Source: Paragordius varius
Taxonomy: Eukaryota; Animalia; Nematomorpha
Assembly: GCA_964247055.1 (NCBI GenBank)
Contig: OZ176054.1
Location: 1,984,001-2,048,000 of the forward strand
Length of the DNA: 64,000 nt
Direction: 5' to 3'
The translations under genes were made by a program, and so were the position numbers. A model generated the notes under the pieces. It was not told where the DNA came from. It searched no databases and was given only the letters and a program-made list of their open reading frames with translations. This document shows, piece by piece, positions 12,910 through 25,107 of this stretch. The first letter of the stretch is position 1. Each line of letters opens with the position of its first letter.

Positions 12910-15795
12910 ATGTTAAAATTAATTAAACAGAAAATTATTTTACAAAATGTTATAGCTATAATTTTATTTTTACGCCATTCCTTTAAAGCTGATGGAACCC
13001 TGAGTGATTCCAATGAGCCCTTAGGTAAAATTTAAAACTACTGTTAATATCATGTCTGAAATTTCACCAATAAATGATAAAATTTCCTTTATACATATAG
13101 TTGTCCTTATTTTTTGACATCCTTAACCTAATTTTATACACATTAGCGTATGGCATAAAACAATATTAGTCCAAAAATAATAAAAAATGTTTTTAACAAA
13201 AACAAGGGGATATTATGGATATGTGTATATGCCATAGGCATGTTTTTTTTAAAAAAATATATTTTTTTATACCCTTTTATGGACTAATAATGTTTTATGA
13301 CATATACGATATTGTATAATTTATTTTCAAAATTTACTCAAACATATTTCTATAAGAATTATATTTATCAAGACTCCTTTTCCTTTGTGGCATTGGGGGA
13401 CACGGGGGGTACACCTTATTTCCCATACACCTCAAGAAATGGTAGAATTGTGGCAAAAACGCTAGAAAATTGGGCCTTTTTTACAAAACCATCATTTGCT
13501 TTGTTACTTGGGGACAATTTTTATGACAAGGGTGTCACCAGCATAAATGACTCGAGATTTGCCGTAAACATATATAGTTTCATATAGACATATTTATCAA
13601 CTAAGTCAACTCTCTAATAATATACCATTTACATCTCAAATCCACCCTTGAACACTACAAATTCACCCTTGAATCGAACTCAGTCTAAAAATAAATTTTG
13701 ATTTTGGATACAAATTCATTTTTTGATATTTTTAGAAATGAGCTTGGTTCAAAATTAATATACGGAAAAAATGATAATCTATGCATAAATCATTTTATAA
13801 TGAATTATATAAGCTCAAAAACAATTTATTTTTCGGGTGAACTTACCATATTAAAGATAAATTTGATGTATCTACATAGTTGTTTTAATTAGGAAAGCAT
13901 TGCAAGGGTTGTTTTTAGTTTTTTACAATCATAGGAATCATTTGAAAACTTATATCCGAGCCCAAGTCTGAAAATTCCTTGGTACATTACAGCCGGAAAT
14001 CACGATCACCGTGGGAGCGTGAAAGCTCAAATTGCATATTCAAACATTTCCACTCGCTGGTTTAATATTTTTTTGAGTAATTACAGATAAAAAATCATAA
14101 TTAACTTTGTTAAAAAGTGTTTTTACCAGCAAGTTTTTTGTATGTCTAGACTCATTTACTGAAGTGCCTGGCTTAACACTAATTCAATATACATGGCCCT
14201 ATTTTTTTTATAGAATGACGGTAACTTAAAAAATAAATTCCTTTTTTGACAATGTTTTTGTGATCTAATTTTTACGATAAAGGGAAAGGACCAAATGCAT
14301 TTTTGCAACCCTAATTAATGGGTATATATAAGAAGAGTTTAAAATTCAAAATCTAACTATTTTTTACGGTAAAAAGTGCAAAGGAGAAATTAACATAATC
14401 TCAGTAATTGACAAGTTATCCATATATAGTTGTAGATATTCATATATATATTCATAGAGAAGGTGTGTAAAATAATTGTGTTTTAGGACGTATCCATATT
14501 ACTATTATGAAAAGCTATTTTCAATCAATATACCATCATCAAACTCTCAATTGTTTAAGAATGGGAATAAAACCACGTCTCCTAGCAACGATCAAAACAA
14601 AACTAATAATAGTTCTTCCAAACTATCTTATCCCGAAACTCGTCTCAATAACTCTTTAGAAAGTGATGTCGTATTAAAAGTACATTTGATAGGGATAGAC
14701 ACGGTCATACTGTGTGGAAAGCGTCAATTTTTATTTCGTGAAAACTATTGGCTCCCTGAAAAATTGCGATTTACCACCACGGATTGGGACGAAAGTGAAA
14801 CAGCCAAACAACAATTTTGGATAGAAGAAACGTTAAAAACGTCAAAGTATGATAAAAAATTATATTGAATGCTGATTTTGAAGAAAGTTATTTTTATTCT
14901 AACGAGAATAAAGATAAAAAACATCTAATTATAACACACATACAGTCAAATACATACTGAGGTTCTTATTTTTACCTCGTTTTGTGCAAAATGAACCTTT
15001 GTGACATCTAAATGAAAATTAAATTAAAACTTTTTTTAAACATATATGTAACAGCTGAAATTGGTCAACAAAACAATTTTTATTCAAATGTTAGAGCCAT
15101 TTCTGTCTTTTCCAATAGTTGTGATTCACTTTGATTTTGTCAACTATCTTACGAATAGGGCCGATTTCATTATTGTGTTTGGACATTATCCAATTTACTC
15201 GATTGGAAAACACGGACCTAGCGTTTGCCTACGCCGTCGACTTAACCCATTACTCAAAAAATATCGCGTGAATGCATATGTCAGTGGCCATGATCATAAT
15301 CAACAAGTATTTGATATCAAAATTTTAAAATGTTATTAAAAAAATCAACTGTATATATAACGTTTCAATCACACTAATTTTGATACTTATGTAAATATTT
15401 GGGTAGAACATTCGAATATTATATTTCAGTTATTCATTGATGAAATACAACCTACAAAGCACCATAACACCCCTACAAACCATACTCTGAATAATATAAA
15501 TGCAATCAATCAACCATCTATTATCACTCAAGACACTAGTTATCGGAGCAATTTAACAACACACAATATACATTATATCGTGCTAGGTTCCGGATCCAAA
15601 TTGGATCAAAAAACAACGCATAAAACGCCAAAATTGGAAAAAATGCTCAAATTTTTCCAGGGCGATTTAAATGGTTACGGTGGATTTGGTTACTTTAGAT
15701 GGCAACCATTTAAAAACACATTGGCCGTACAATTTATAGATGGGTTAGGAAGGATTCGACATGATGTCGAAATATCACCAAGATTTGGGACATAG
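12910..15795 (+). CDS. ACP5: Purple/tartrate-resistant acid phosphatase (ACP5-like), 6 exons, ~434 aa
   Basis: Exons 12910-13024, 13373-13563, 13935-14059, 14487-14846, 15159-15306, 15430-15795 (1305 nt). All metal-ligand motifs present: GDTGG, GDNFY, GNHD, GHYP, GHDH; also SIGKHGP and GGF. Signal-peptide-like exon 1. Confidence 0.93.
13624..13675. mobile_element. Solo left end of foldback subfamily A, in ACP5 intron 2
   Basis: ATAT-ACCATTTACA followed by two degenerate 21-bp units (CACCCTTGAACACTACAAATTCACCCTTGAA). Confidence 0.75.
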
Positions 15796-17321
15796 TATTT
15801 ATTGCGCCTTTAGTATTTATCTTCCAATCTCATTTGTTATATCATGTGAAAAATAATAGACTCTTACACGACATATTAATTAAATATGGATTTTTTAGAT
15901 ATTTTATGTATGCAAACAATAAAATTTAACATGTAAATAATATTTTTGGGCTTGCCCCAAAATAATTAAAAATTGACATAAATATATCAAAATATATTTA
16001 AAAAAATTAAATCTACCTTCCAATTGAATATACTCTTATGTAAACTCAGAATAAGTTTTCTTTAGACCGAACTTGTAATACTCGTTTGGGGATCGGACTC
16101 AAAAAATATATTAATCTTGCGAATATCGAATTTCGAGCACACGTAAATCCTTTTTTGGAAGAAGCTGACTGTTTTAAAATTAATTATTTTTTAACTCTAA
16201 TATATTTTTTTAAAAATTTCTGTTTGTTGCGAAATCGATCTTAAACTTCCAAAATCTAAACGGCGAGAATCGAAACACACTCCTGTCTTTAAAATTAATG
16301 GAAAAGAGCCGCATAACTTAAAATGTTTTTTTATCAGATAAAAATCGTATTAATACTGAATTAGCAACATGTAATACCTCCTAATAAAGTTGAATAAATT
16401 CTCGTTTACCTTCATTTTCTAAAGATATCTATACCCTAAAATTTAAATGATTATATTGAAAATCGAAAAGCTGTTGTCCCCAAAAAGTTAAAAATTTGGG
16501 TTAGGTGCCATTTTTACAATAAAATATTAGCTTGATATTTTAGCGGCATCGATTTTAGAAAAGAGTTTTTATAATATTTATCTCAAATTTTTAGGACATA
16601 TAATTTTTCAGGGCTTTATTGCGTTTTAAAGCCAGTGATGTTATATTTCAACCATATAAACGGTAAGATTGGTTTCACTAGAATATAATATTCAGATTCA
16701 AACATAATAATTTGGCAAACGTTTGGCTTCAAAAAAATATATTTATATTGTACACCAAATTTGTGAATTTCGCTAGGGGAGTTTTTTGAAATATTTATAT
16801 TACTTGACAAGATAATCGCAAAATATGGTGTTAGAATGTGTTTGACAGAAAATTACTAGGAAATTTTGAATAAAGATTTCGTTGCTCAGTCTTATTTAAT
16901 ATAATTGTTTATAATTTATCATAATAAATTATTTAATAATTTTGAGATATTGCGTTGTGCTATAAATGTAAAAGTTTTGATTGTTAAATACAAAGGCATG
17001 ACTAGATAAAGAGATATAAATAAATTGTAAGCTATATGTCAAAATATTGAGCAAAAATTTGAATAAAAATTTCGAATATTAATCTGGAATAATATAAAAT
17101 ATAAAAATCTAATAATTTGAATCTCATGCATAATAATTGTAAATTAATTGTATGAAATAAAAACATTAAAATTGCATTATATCTAAGTTATTGATAAAAA
17201 TTTCAGAATTTTAAAAGTTATCATGATTCACCGGTTAAAATTAAAAACATTTTCTGTAATTTATACACTCCCAAAAATATACTGCATAATAATAGAGTAT
17301 CATTGACTTATCTTCTAGATT

Positions 17322-18364
17322 TTACCGGATAGGATTTTTAGAATGAGATGATGTAATAATTAAATTTTTGGCTAAACGCCAGACCGGAAACTCAATAATT
17401 AAACTAAAACATAGGGCAAGAGCAAAAGTAATTACACTGTAAAATATCATGAGGACAAACATACTCATATGAGAAAAGTATAAGGGACTTCTCAAACTCC
17501 GTAAATATGTGAACATAACTACAGGATGTAAAAGATATGCCCCATAACTCAAATTACTAATGGGTACCCAAATTGGGTCAGCCAACAAAGTGTATAACGG
17601 AGTAATAAAAATTGAAACAAAAATGCGAAAATTTAATTTTGTCCTGTTATTCAGTGATGCATTAGACACGAACTTTGTGCCATCGATTAAGGTCAATGCA
17701 TATACAAAGATTGCTATCACAAATGGCCATATAAATCGTGAGAGTGAAAGAAACATAGATTCCCAAAAATCATGGTTAGACGATATCGGATAATTTGGCT
17801 TTTTCATTTGGTCTGCCCCGTTTTTTGAATGCACATATATCATTGCACTACTTATGGCTAACGTGAAAGAAAAAAGACTTAGGCATATCCAAAGAGGTTT
17901 ATTATGGGTATCATTGGTGGATGCCGCATTATTCCTTTTTTTATTAACACCATCTGACGCCTCTTCCTTCTGCACCACTTTTTTCAGTAATAATAGATCC
18001 TTAGTAGTGACATCTAATTCGCCTTGTTTGCAGGGATTAGATTCGGTCTCATCGCTAACAAAACTTTCTTGCATTTTTTGTGAATGGTTGATAAGGGGAA
18101 AACCAGTTTGAGCGGTTTGTTTAAGCTTCAGGTAAAAGGCTAAAAACAACCCAAATATAAATGGGGGCATTCGAATGTACGGTTTAATGTAGTATTCCAT
18201 GAAGAAACGCACAATATCCACGTCTTGAGTAAAAGTTAATATTCTAAAAAACGAGAAGAAAGCATTGATTAATATAACATTATATTTTCAAAATATTTTA
18301 ATTATATTTCCCTTAAAACTAACTCTCTTTCAAATATTATTGAAAAAAAATCAACCAGAAATGT

Positions 18365-18400
<36 letters not shown>

Positions 18401-20775
18401 TTAGCTGTATCATTTTAAAAAATAACTAAAACAGAAACGAAGTAGATAAGAAAAAGGTCCCCACCTGTATTTATTTACATAACTGACTTGGTATGCCACA
18501 AACGTTAAAAATGTAAGTAGAATTGACAAAAGCCACCATACATAAGTAAAAGATATTTTTAAACAACTCATATTTTTGTTAGTGTCATTATTGTCGATAG
18601 ACGGTTGATGTTGTTTAATTTGCAAACATTGTAACATAAGGTAGACGAAGAGTGGTGCAATAAGATGGAATTGAAAATCACAAGAAAGGTACCAAGCCCA
18701 AGGCATACACATTTTATAAGCTACACCGCTTCCTATTAGAGATTTGTCGTTTTCTTTAATATTATCTATTTTTATATTAGATTTTTGGGTAAAAATATTT
18801 GCCACGTATAAAAGATTGAATATCCAATGCGTTCGGCAATCAGGATCGATGCCAGAAAGTGTTGAACCCAAAGGGCCCCAATCTGTCACATAGGGTAAGA
18901 CCATGACTTCAAAAGCTATGATTGCTCCATATAATGGGGTCAAACGGAGATACCTGGAAGTTTTAAAAATGTTTAGATATTATCAAAAAATCATGTGTGG
19001 AAATATATGTATTTTATACTTTTGACACATTGACATCCTATTTAATTTTGAAATCATTAATCTATCAAAAATTATAATTTTTTTAGATAATATAAATAGA
19101 CAAATTTATATTTTAACAAAAAAACATCATAATCACACCTTAAAATAGCGTCAGAGATTATATCAACCGGAAATTAACTTAAAATATATCATATTATTTT
19201 ATCTCAACTTACCTACCTATATATAATTGGGAGTATAAAATTGTTTTGTAGAGAGGAAAATAGGTTTTTAACTGGTTTACCGCCTTTGAAAGATATATTA
19301 TTATTTAGATCGCCCGCTTTCACGGTTTCTAGTGTAGATTCCAAATTATCTTGATCTTTTAAATCATGATTGTGCAATTTAGTTTGAGGCAATATTTTTG
19401 TGTCATCTATTCTGTTTTTTGATTTTTTTATTGTAGGTCCACAATTTTTGAGCTGAGCAAAATGTTCTTTGCACCAGGATTTAACGAGAGGGGAAGACCA
19501 AGAGGCTAGAAACCCGGACATAAAGAAAAATGTATCAACGGCAAAAAAAGCTGAAAATAAAAGGAGAGTTATATAATCAAATGAAGGAGGGGTTGTTTGA
19601 ATAAATTGCGTTGTAACGTTCAATTTATTTGGCAATTGGGTGTCTCTAATAGGATTTTTATAATAGGAACCAGATATCGTGGCAACGAAATTCTGGAAAT
19701 TAGAAATTGCAAAAACGCTCAAGAGGTAAGTATGTCCATATATAACATGAAGCGTGCTTAGGGCCTTAATGCCCCTCAGGAATGGAAGTGATGAATTGTT
19801 TAATATCGGTTTAGATAAATTAATTTCGGAATGTTCTTTTGTTTTTGCAGCACTACTTTTTAACATTTGTTTTTTAGCATATTTTTTGCTTTCAGTACTA
19901 GGTGTATGATTGCTATTCGAATTTGACGATGTGTATAAGATTTGAGATAAATTATTTTGAACCGCAAAACTATCAATTATTATATTTAAAGTTTTACTTT
20001 TGAAACAATATTTTTTGCCAAACCATTTAGTAATTGTTGAAGATGCGACAATTAATAACATTAAAATGCCAGTCAAAGAGAGGAATATGGATAAATTTAG
20101 CTTCTTTTTAGAGGTCAATTGGCTTGAAATGCTTTTTAAGTCATGGTTGTCCCATATCTCAGACAATTTATCTTTTGTGTTTATTAAATGTTCAATCATT
20201 TGTCCATTTAAATGTGTATGTATCCTATATATACGAATTTTTTCAATATCTTCCGCCTTTATCCGCATCTCTTCTCCAAGATATGGTTTAAGGCTACTAA
20301 AGAGCATAACCAAATCTCTAGGATTATTACATGCCGTGGGCAGGCATATCCCTAAAATAAGAGTCCCATCTGGAATCCAGAGATTCATTGGTAAATTATT
20401 GACATGTTTTTCAAAATAAAACTCCATATCATTCCGCAGCGGTATAACGTCTACAAATAAAGCAGAATAGGAAAGGGATGTTTGCAATCTCAAACAATTA
20501 TCAAATCCACCAAAAACAAGTAAATTTGTAAATTTATCTATATGAATGGGAAATATTCCAGAAAAACTATGTGCCAAATTAGATAATTCATTGGAGATTG
20601 GAATACTTGGTTTCAAAATATACAGCATTTGGTTGTGGCATTCTTGTGAAACATTGGATGCTTCTAATAAAAAATATGAATACTTATTGCTTGGATATGC
20701 CTGAATAATTGAAGATAAAATTACAAAGTATATTTTACAAAAAATAAAAATATTAGCTCGAGTATGTAGGGACAT
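17322..20775 (-). CDS. NRF-6-like membrane O-acyltransferase (NRF domain plus Acyl_transf_3), 3 exons, ~989 aa
   Basis: Exons 20775-19217, 18953-18465, 18243-17322 (2970 nt). Signal peptide; Cys-patterned N-terminal domain; LRGIKALSTLHVIYGHTY, AVDTFFFMSGFL, YRYLRLTP (across the junction), CMPWAWYLSCDFQFHLIAP, YIKPYIRMPPF, SNLSYGAYLLHP, LIIEFP. Confidence 0.92.
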
Positions 20776-22135
20776 CTGATCCCCAACCCTGTTAAATTTA
20801 AAAATGTAACATATGATTTATAAGAATTATATTCAATAACAAAAATTAAATTAAAATTAAGATTTATGGATAAACAAGGGTGCGCTAAATTTAGTCCGTT
20901 TTCATCGTAATATAAAAAATGTTTTTACTTAATACACAGTAAATCCATGGTCATAAAAACTTTTTGATAGAATAAAAATCTAATAAAAAAAATATCTGTA
21001 TCCTTCATTTGGAGCTTAAAGGTTACATAATAAATAATATTTCACTTTTATGAAAAGGTCCATATCGAGAAATTAAAAATTGCATGCATTTATGCAAAAT
21101 AAATTTTTTGTTTTAAACCATGAAATCTATTCAAGTGGTAAAATATATAATTAAATTTTAGTTTTTATCTGTGATCTGCGAATCCCATTCTTACACTCGC
21201 AACATTTTGAACATATGCGCAAAAAACCGGTATATTACATATTCAATCATAATAATGAATGACTATTTAACTAATTTTTGACAGGCTATTTTTATCACCT
21301 CAAAATTTTAAGCCTATGTTCGCTACCAAAATATTATTTTAAAATTAAGTAATACATGTAGTAATTTATTATTATGATAAGTTAGGTAAAGGCAACAGTG
21401 TTCTATATGGAAAATAAATATAATAGAAATCCTCAAAATCATCGAATTCATAAAGATGTTAATACCATAAAGCATCGTGAAATATATGGAAAAAGTGTTT
21501 TCATAATATTATTGAATGCTTTAAAAACCCAAAATACGCTTCAATAAATATTTGTAGAAATTTGGTTTTTAACAAAAGTATGCATCCAAAATATAATTTA
21601 ATGTGATAAATTAAAACTTTTTATATCGCGTCTATTGTATTAATATCAGCACTAACTCACTCAATGAGTATAAAAATGGGCCACTTTCGGACCTGAAGGA
21701 AAAATATTAAATAGCTTTTTTAATATAATTAATTTATATAATTATTTGTGGGTGAATTCCATAGGTTCAGATTCCTAATAAAAATATTATATTTAAGCAT
21801 AATGCCTATATAATGCTTTAATTTACAATTTTATAATTGTAAACACTTTATTTTAATATGCAGCGGAAATTTTTAAATCGATAATTGGCCAAAATATGTT
21901 GCCATATTATTAATTTAATTTATTTTTTTACTCGTTCATGAGCAATTAGCACAAATATTTAACTTCAAAATGTTTAAGAATTATTGGCCATTGTTAACAT
22001 CGAAAAAATTTGATAATGATATTAAAAATATTTTTAGAATTTAATTGTTTTATGCTCAAAATTTTAAAAGCAATATAAAAATTGGAATACTGTACGCGGG
22101 AATATTAAAATATAATTTGTGTCCATTGTATAAAT

Positions 22136-23423
22136 CAGTGGTACTCAAACCGCGGCCCTAAGAGTGCTGCTTAATAGCCCTATCATCATAGTGATACTTT
22201 AATTATTGTTTTTATTGATAAATTTTTAAAATAAACATAAATGAATTTTCGCTTATTTTAATATAAATTTATTTCCTTTAGATTTAATTTTGGTATTTTT
22301 TATTTTTTACCCAATTTAAATTTTTGAAAAATTTCCCTACATTAAAATAATTTCAAAATCTTGGCACATGTTGCTTCTGTTTCTGTATTCTTTACGGATA
22401 CCAGAAAGAAAAATCTATTATGTCCATAGTTCTACCATAAAAATAGAATTCCATAATAAAGATCTATTCACGATGCAAATTATACAATTTCTTGAATCAT
22501 GTGCTCGACGCATTGAAGATATGTCTAAATATATTTTTAACAATATGTAAATGGCTCTGATAAACTGCAAATATAGTGCTGTTATTGATTCTAGCACTAT
22601 TAGTTCAATACCTATGTGCGATCTTCGTGAGATTTTGCAACGACAACATAATCAACAAAGAATATACAAATTATTTACCAATGAACAATCCCACGAAAGG
22701 AAGAGATTTTCTCGAAACAATTGGCATTATCGATAATAATGGTATATCTATGAAATATTGGTATCTGCATAGATGGCTGTTCCTCTATGATTAGAATAAA
22801 CAGAGGATTTATTCCTCTTTTGAAAAACAAATATAATTTGCATTATATTTTATCCTTTCACTGCTTTATTCATCAGAAAAACTTGGTTCACGTGTAAAAG
22901 ATGAATATTCAATTCAGTAATTAAAACGGTTGGATATAAATAACCACATCCGTGGCATAGAATTCAACCGCCGTAAAAGAGAAGAAAGATATGTATAGAG
23001 TTTTGGCAAGATGGCCCAAATAAATAATAAAAAAATTTCCTCAAGTTATCCTAACTGTTTTTTCTCAACCTCGTGTGGGACGGCATATTCAAAAATGAAG
23101 TATTATCAAGAATATATTTAGAAATCTCTTAACCGATTATCATATCGACGACGTATTAAGATTGGCCTGTCATGAGGCATAACCAAATTTGTCAAAAATT
23201 ATTGGTTAATATCAAAATAAATGTTGTTATCACAATATTTTAATTTTTTAATGGTGCAAAACGAGTTTTTAGCTGGATTTACTTGCGCAAAAAATCATTG
23301 TGTTGCTTTAGAGTATAAATATGTGCATATGTAAAGCTATGGGATATTTGCGAATATTAGGTTCATGGCTCTCAAAAAAATATATTTTTTTAGCCCGTCA
23401 AATTTTTTTGGTGAGTACCACTG
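22136..23423 (+). mobile_element. hAT Buster/Charlie-type element, internally deleted and degenerate
   Basis: 12-bp TIR CAGTGGTACTCA (22136-22147, 23412-23423); perfect 8-bp TSD GTATAAAT with central TA. Relic motifs ARRIEDMS, FVRF..LPMNNPTKGRDF, IGICIDGCSSMIRINRGF and FHCFIH (CxxH). Confidence 0.93.
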
Positions 23424-23533
23424 GTATAAATTGTGTAATTTAGAGATAACATTCTTAAACAACAGGTAATACATGGTGTCCCCAATAATTTTGGATTAAC
23501 TAAATCGATCAATTATGGATAAAGTGATATATA

Positions 23534-24201
23534 TAGGGTTGTGCTGACCAAGTCATGACCAGGTCAATGACTATTTATATTTTGACCATGGTCATTTAAA
23601 AAAAACAACTGTTTTTTCGAAAAATTGCTAGTAAATTTTTTTTGAAAGAGAGGTAGTAAGATTTTATTGTTTTTCAATATATTTTAATAAATTAAATATT
23701 CAAATAAATTCAATAATCGATATTTAAATATGCTTAGTTACAGTATATTAAAAATTGTTAAACATGCATCCTTATGACATTAGCATTTAAGCATATCCAG
23801 TTATTTCGAATAACAAAACAATCAAACATTGTGCAAAATATGGAATTACATATATGTGGACCAATAAAATGAAAAACATTTTATAATTGGATTAATTCAT
23901 TGCTGAAAGAAAGAGTAAAACAAACTCGGTTTTTTTTAAATATCCAGTATTAAAAGCTATGTATTTGAATTATAAGGCCACAAACATGTGGCCGAATTCA
24001 TTCGAGAAAATTCTTGATTAATTTGATTAAAAAAAAGTATAATACATTTTAAGAAAAAACATGACATTATTAGTGAAACGCAAGTTTCACCATTATTTTC
24101 ACAATTTGCAATATCATATTTACCTAAGTAACAAGTGGTCATGACCATGGTTTGACTGGGTCTGACCGGACTTTTTTGAAAAAGCAAAATGCACAACCCT
24201 A
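23534..24201. mobile_element. Non-autonomous hAT-like element
   Basis: 11-bp TIR TAGGGTTGTGC / GCACAACCCTA; clustered TGACCA/TGGTCA subterminal repeats at both ends; 8-bp flanks match only 5/8. Confidence 0.7.
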
Positions 24202-25107
24202 CATATAGCTTAAGTATCATGGAAATCGTCAAAGATATTGATTGTTTGTTAAAAATTGCAGTAATAATTTGGTATTGGCATAATGTGTGTATGTGTTAGT
24301 AATGCATCGCTAAGCACTACAACCAATATATCTGAAATACCATAAAATCAATGTTATTCCAGAAAAAGCAAATTTTCGAAATGATAATTTCAGTAACAAA
24401 AAAAGCATGTAAATATAGTTTCGAATAAATATAGATGGCCATAACTGAATTCGTTATTAGGGTAAAGCTTATTTTTGGTTGAGATATACCGATAAAATTC
24501 GGCTTTTCGAAAAATTAAGCTTTTTAATTGCGGTAATTGTAAACTTTTTACGCTTTTTTTACTAATAATTTGGGCTTTGAAATAAATAACAGCTGTTCCT
24601 TTTACCGGACTGCGGTTCAAGAGAAATTAAAAAAGCCTTCTTACGTTTTCGCAAATGTAAATTAAATGTCTCGTTTTACAGAAAATTACTGTTTAGCTAA
24701 CTTTTTATTCTGTAATGACTATTGCGATTTTGTTTGATTATTGAGAGCGAAACTTAATTTACCAACAAAATATCCGTTTAATGTGTGGCAAAAATCCTAA
24801 ATTAATATAAATTGGGCTTTTCTGTTGTTTGAATATACCGATATCCTATTATAACAGGCTGTTAAAACCATTGAACAGATACGATAAGTTTAGATTTTAA
24901 AATTGTTACATTGTCATCGTATATTGATTTTCTTAAATTAAATCTAAATAAAAAAAACAAACTTAAAATATGAAATTCTATTTTGATTGTTAAAATAATT
25001 TACATTTTATGAATGATTTAATAAATTAGTTAATTATAGTTTTGTTTAGTAAATAAATGTAATCAAACAATTATCGTCCTCAAACTATATATTTTATTTT
25101 TCACTAC

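Noticed and set aside
16060-16330. GC-richer patch between ACP5 and the NRF-6-like gene
   Set aside because: Short open frames on both strands but no motif, splice chain or termini I can support.
17560-20419. Plus-strand ORFs 17560, 17854 and 20000 (also 37227, 26097, 10042, 10260, 48005, 48203, 63210 on the minus strand)
   Set aside because: Antisense shadows of real coding exons, with no recognisable motifs.
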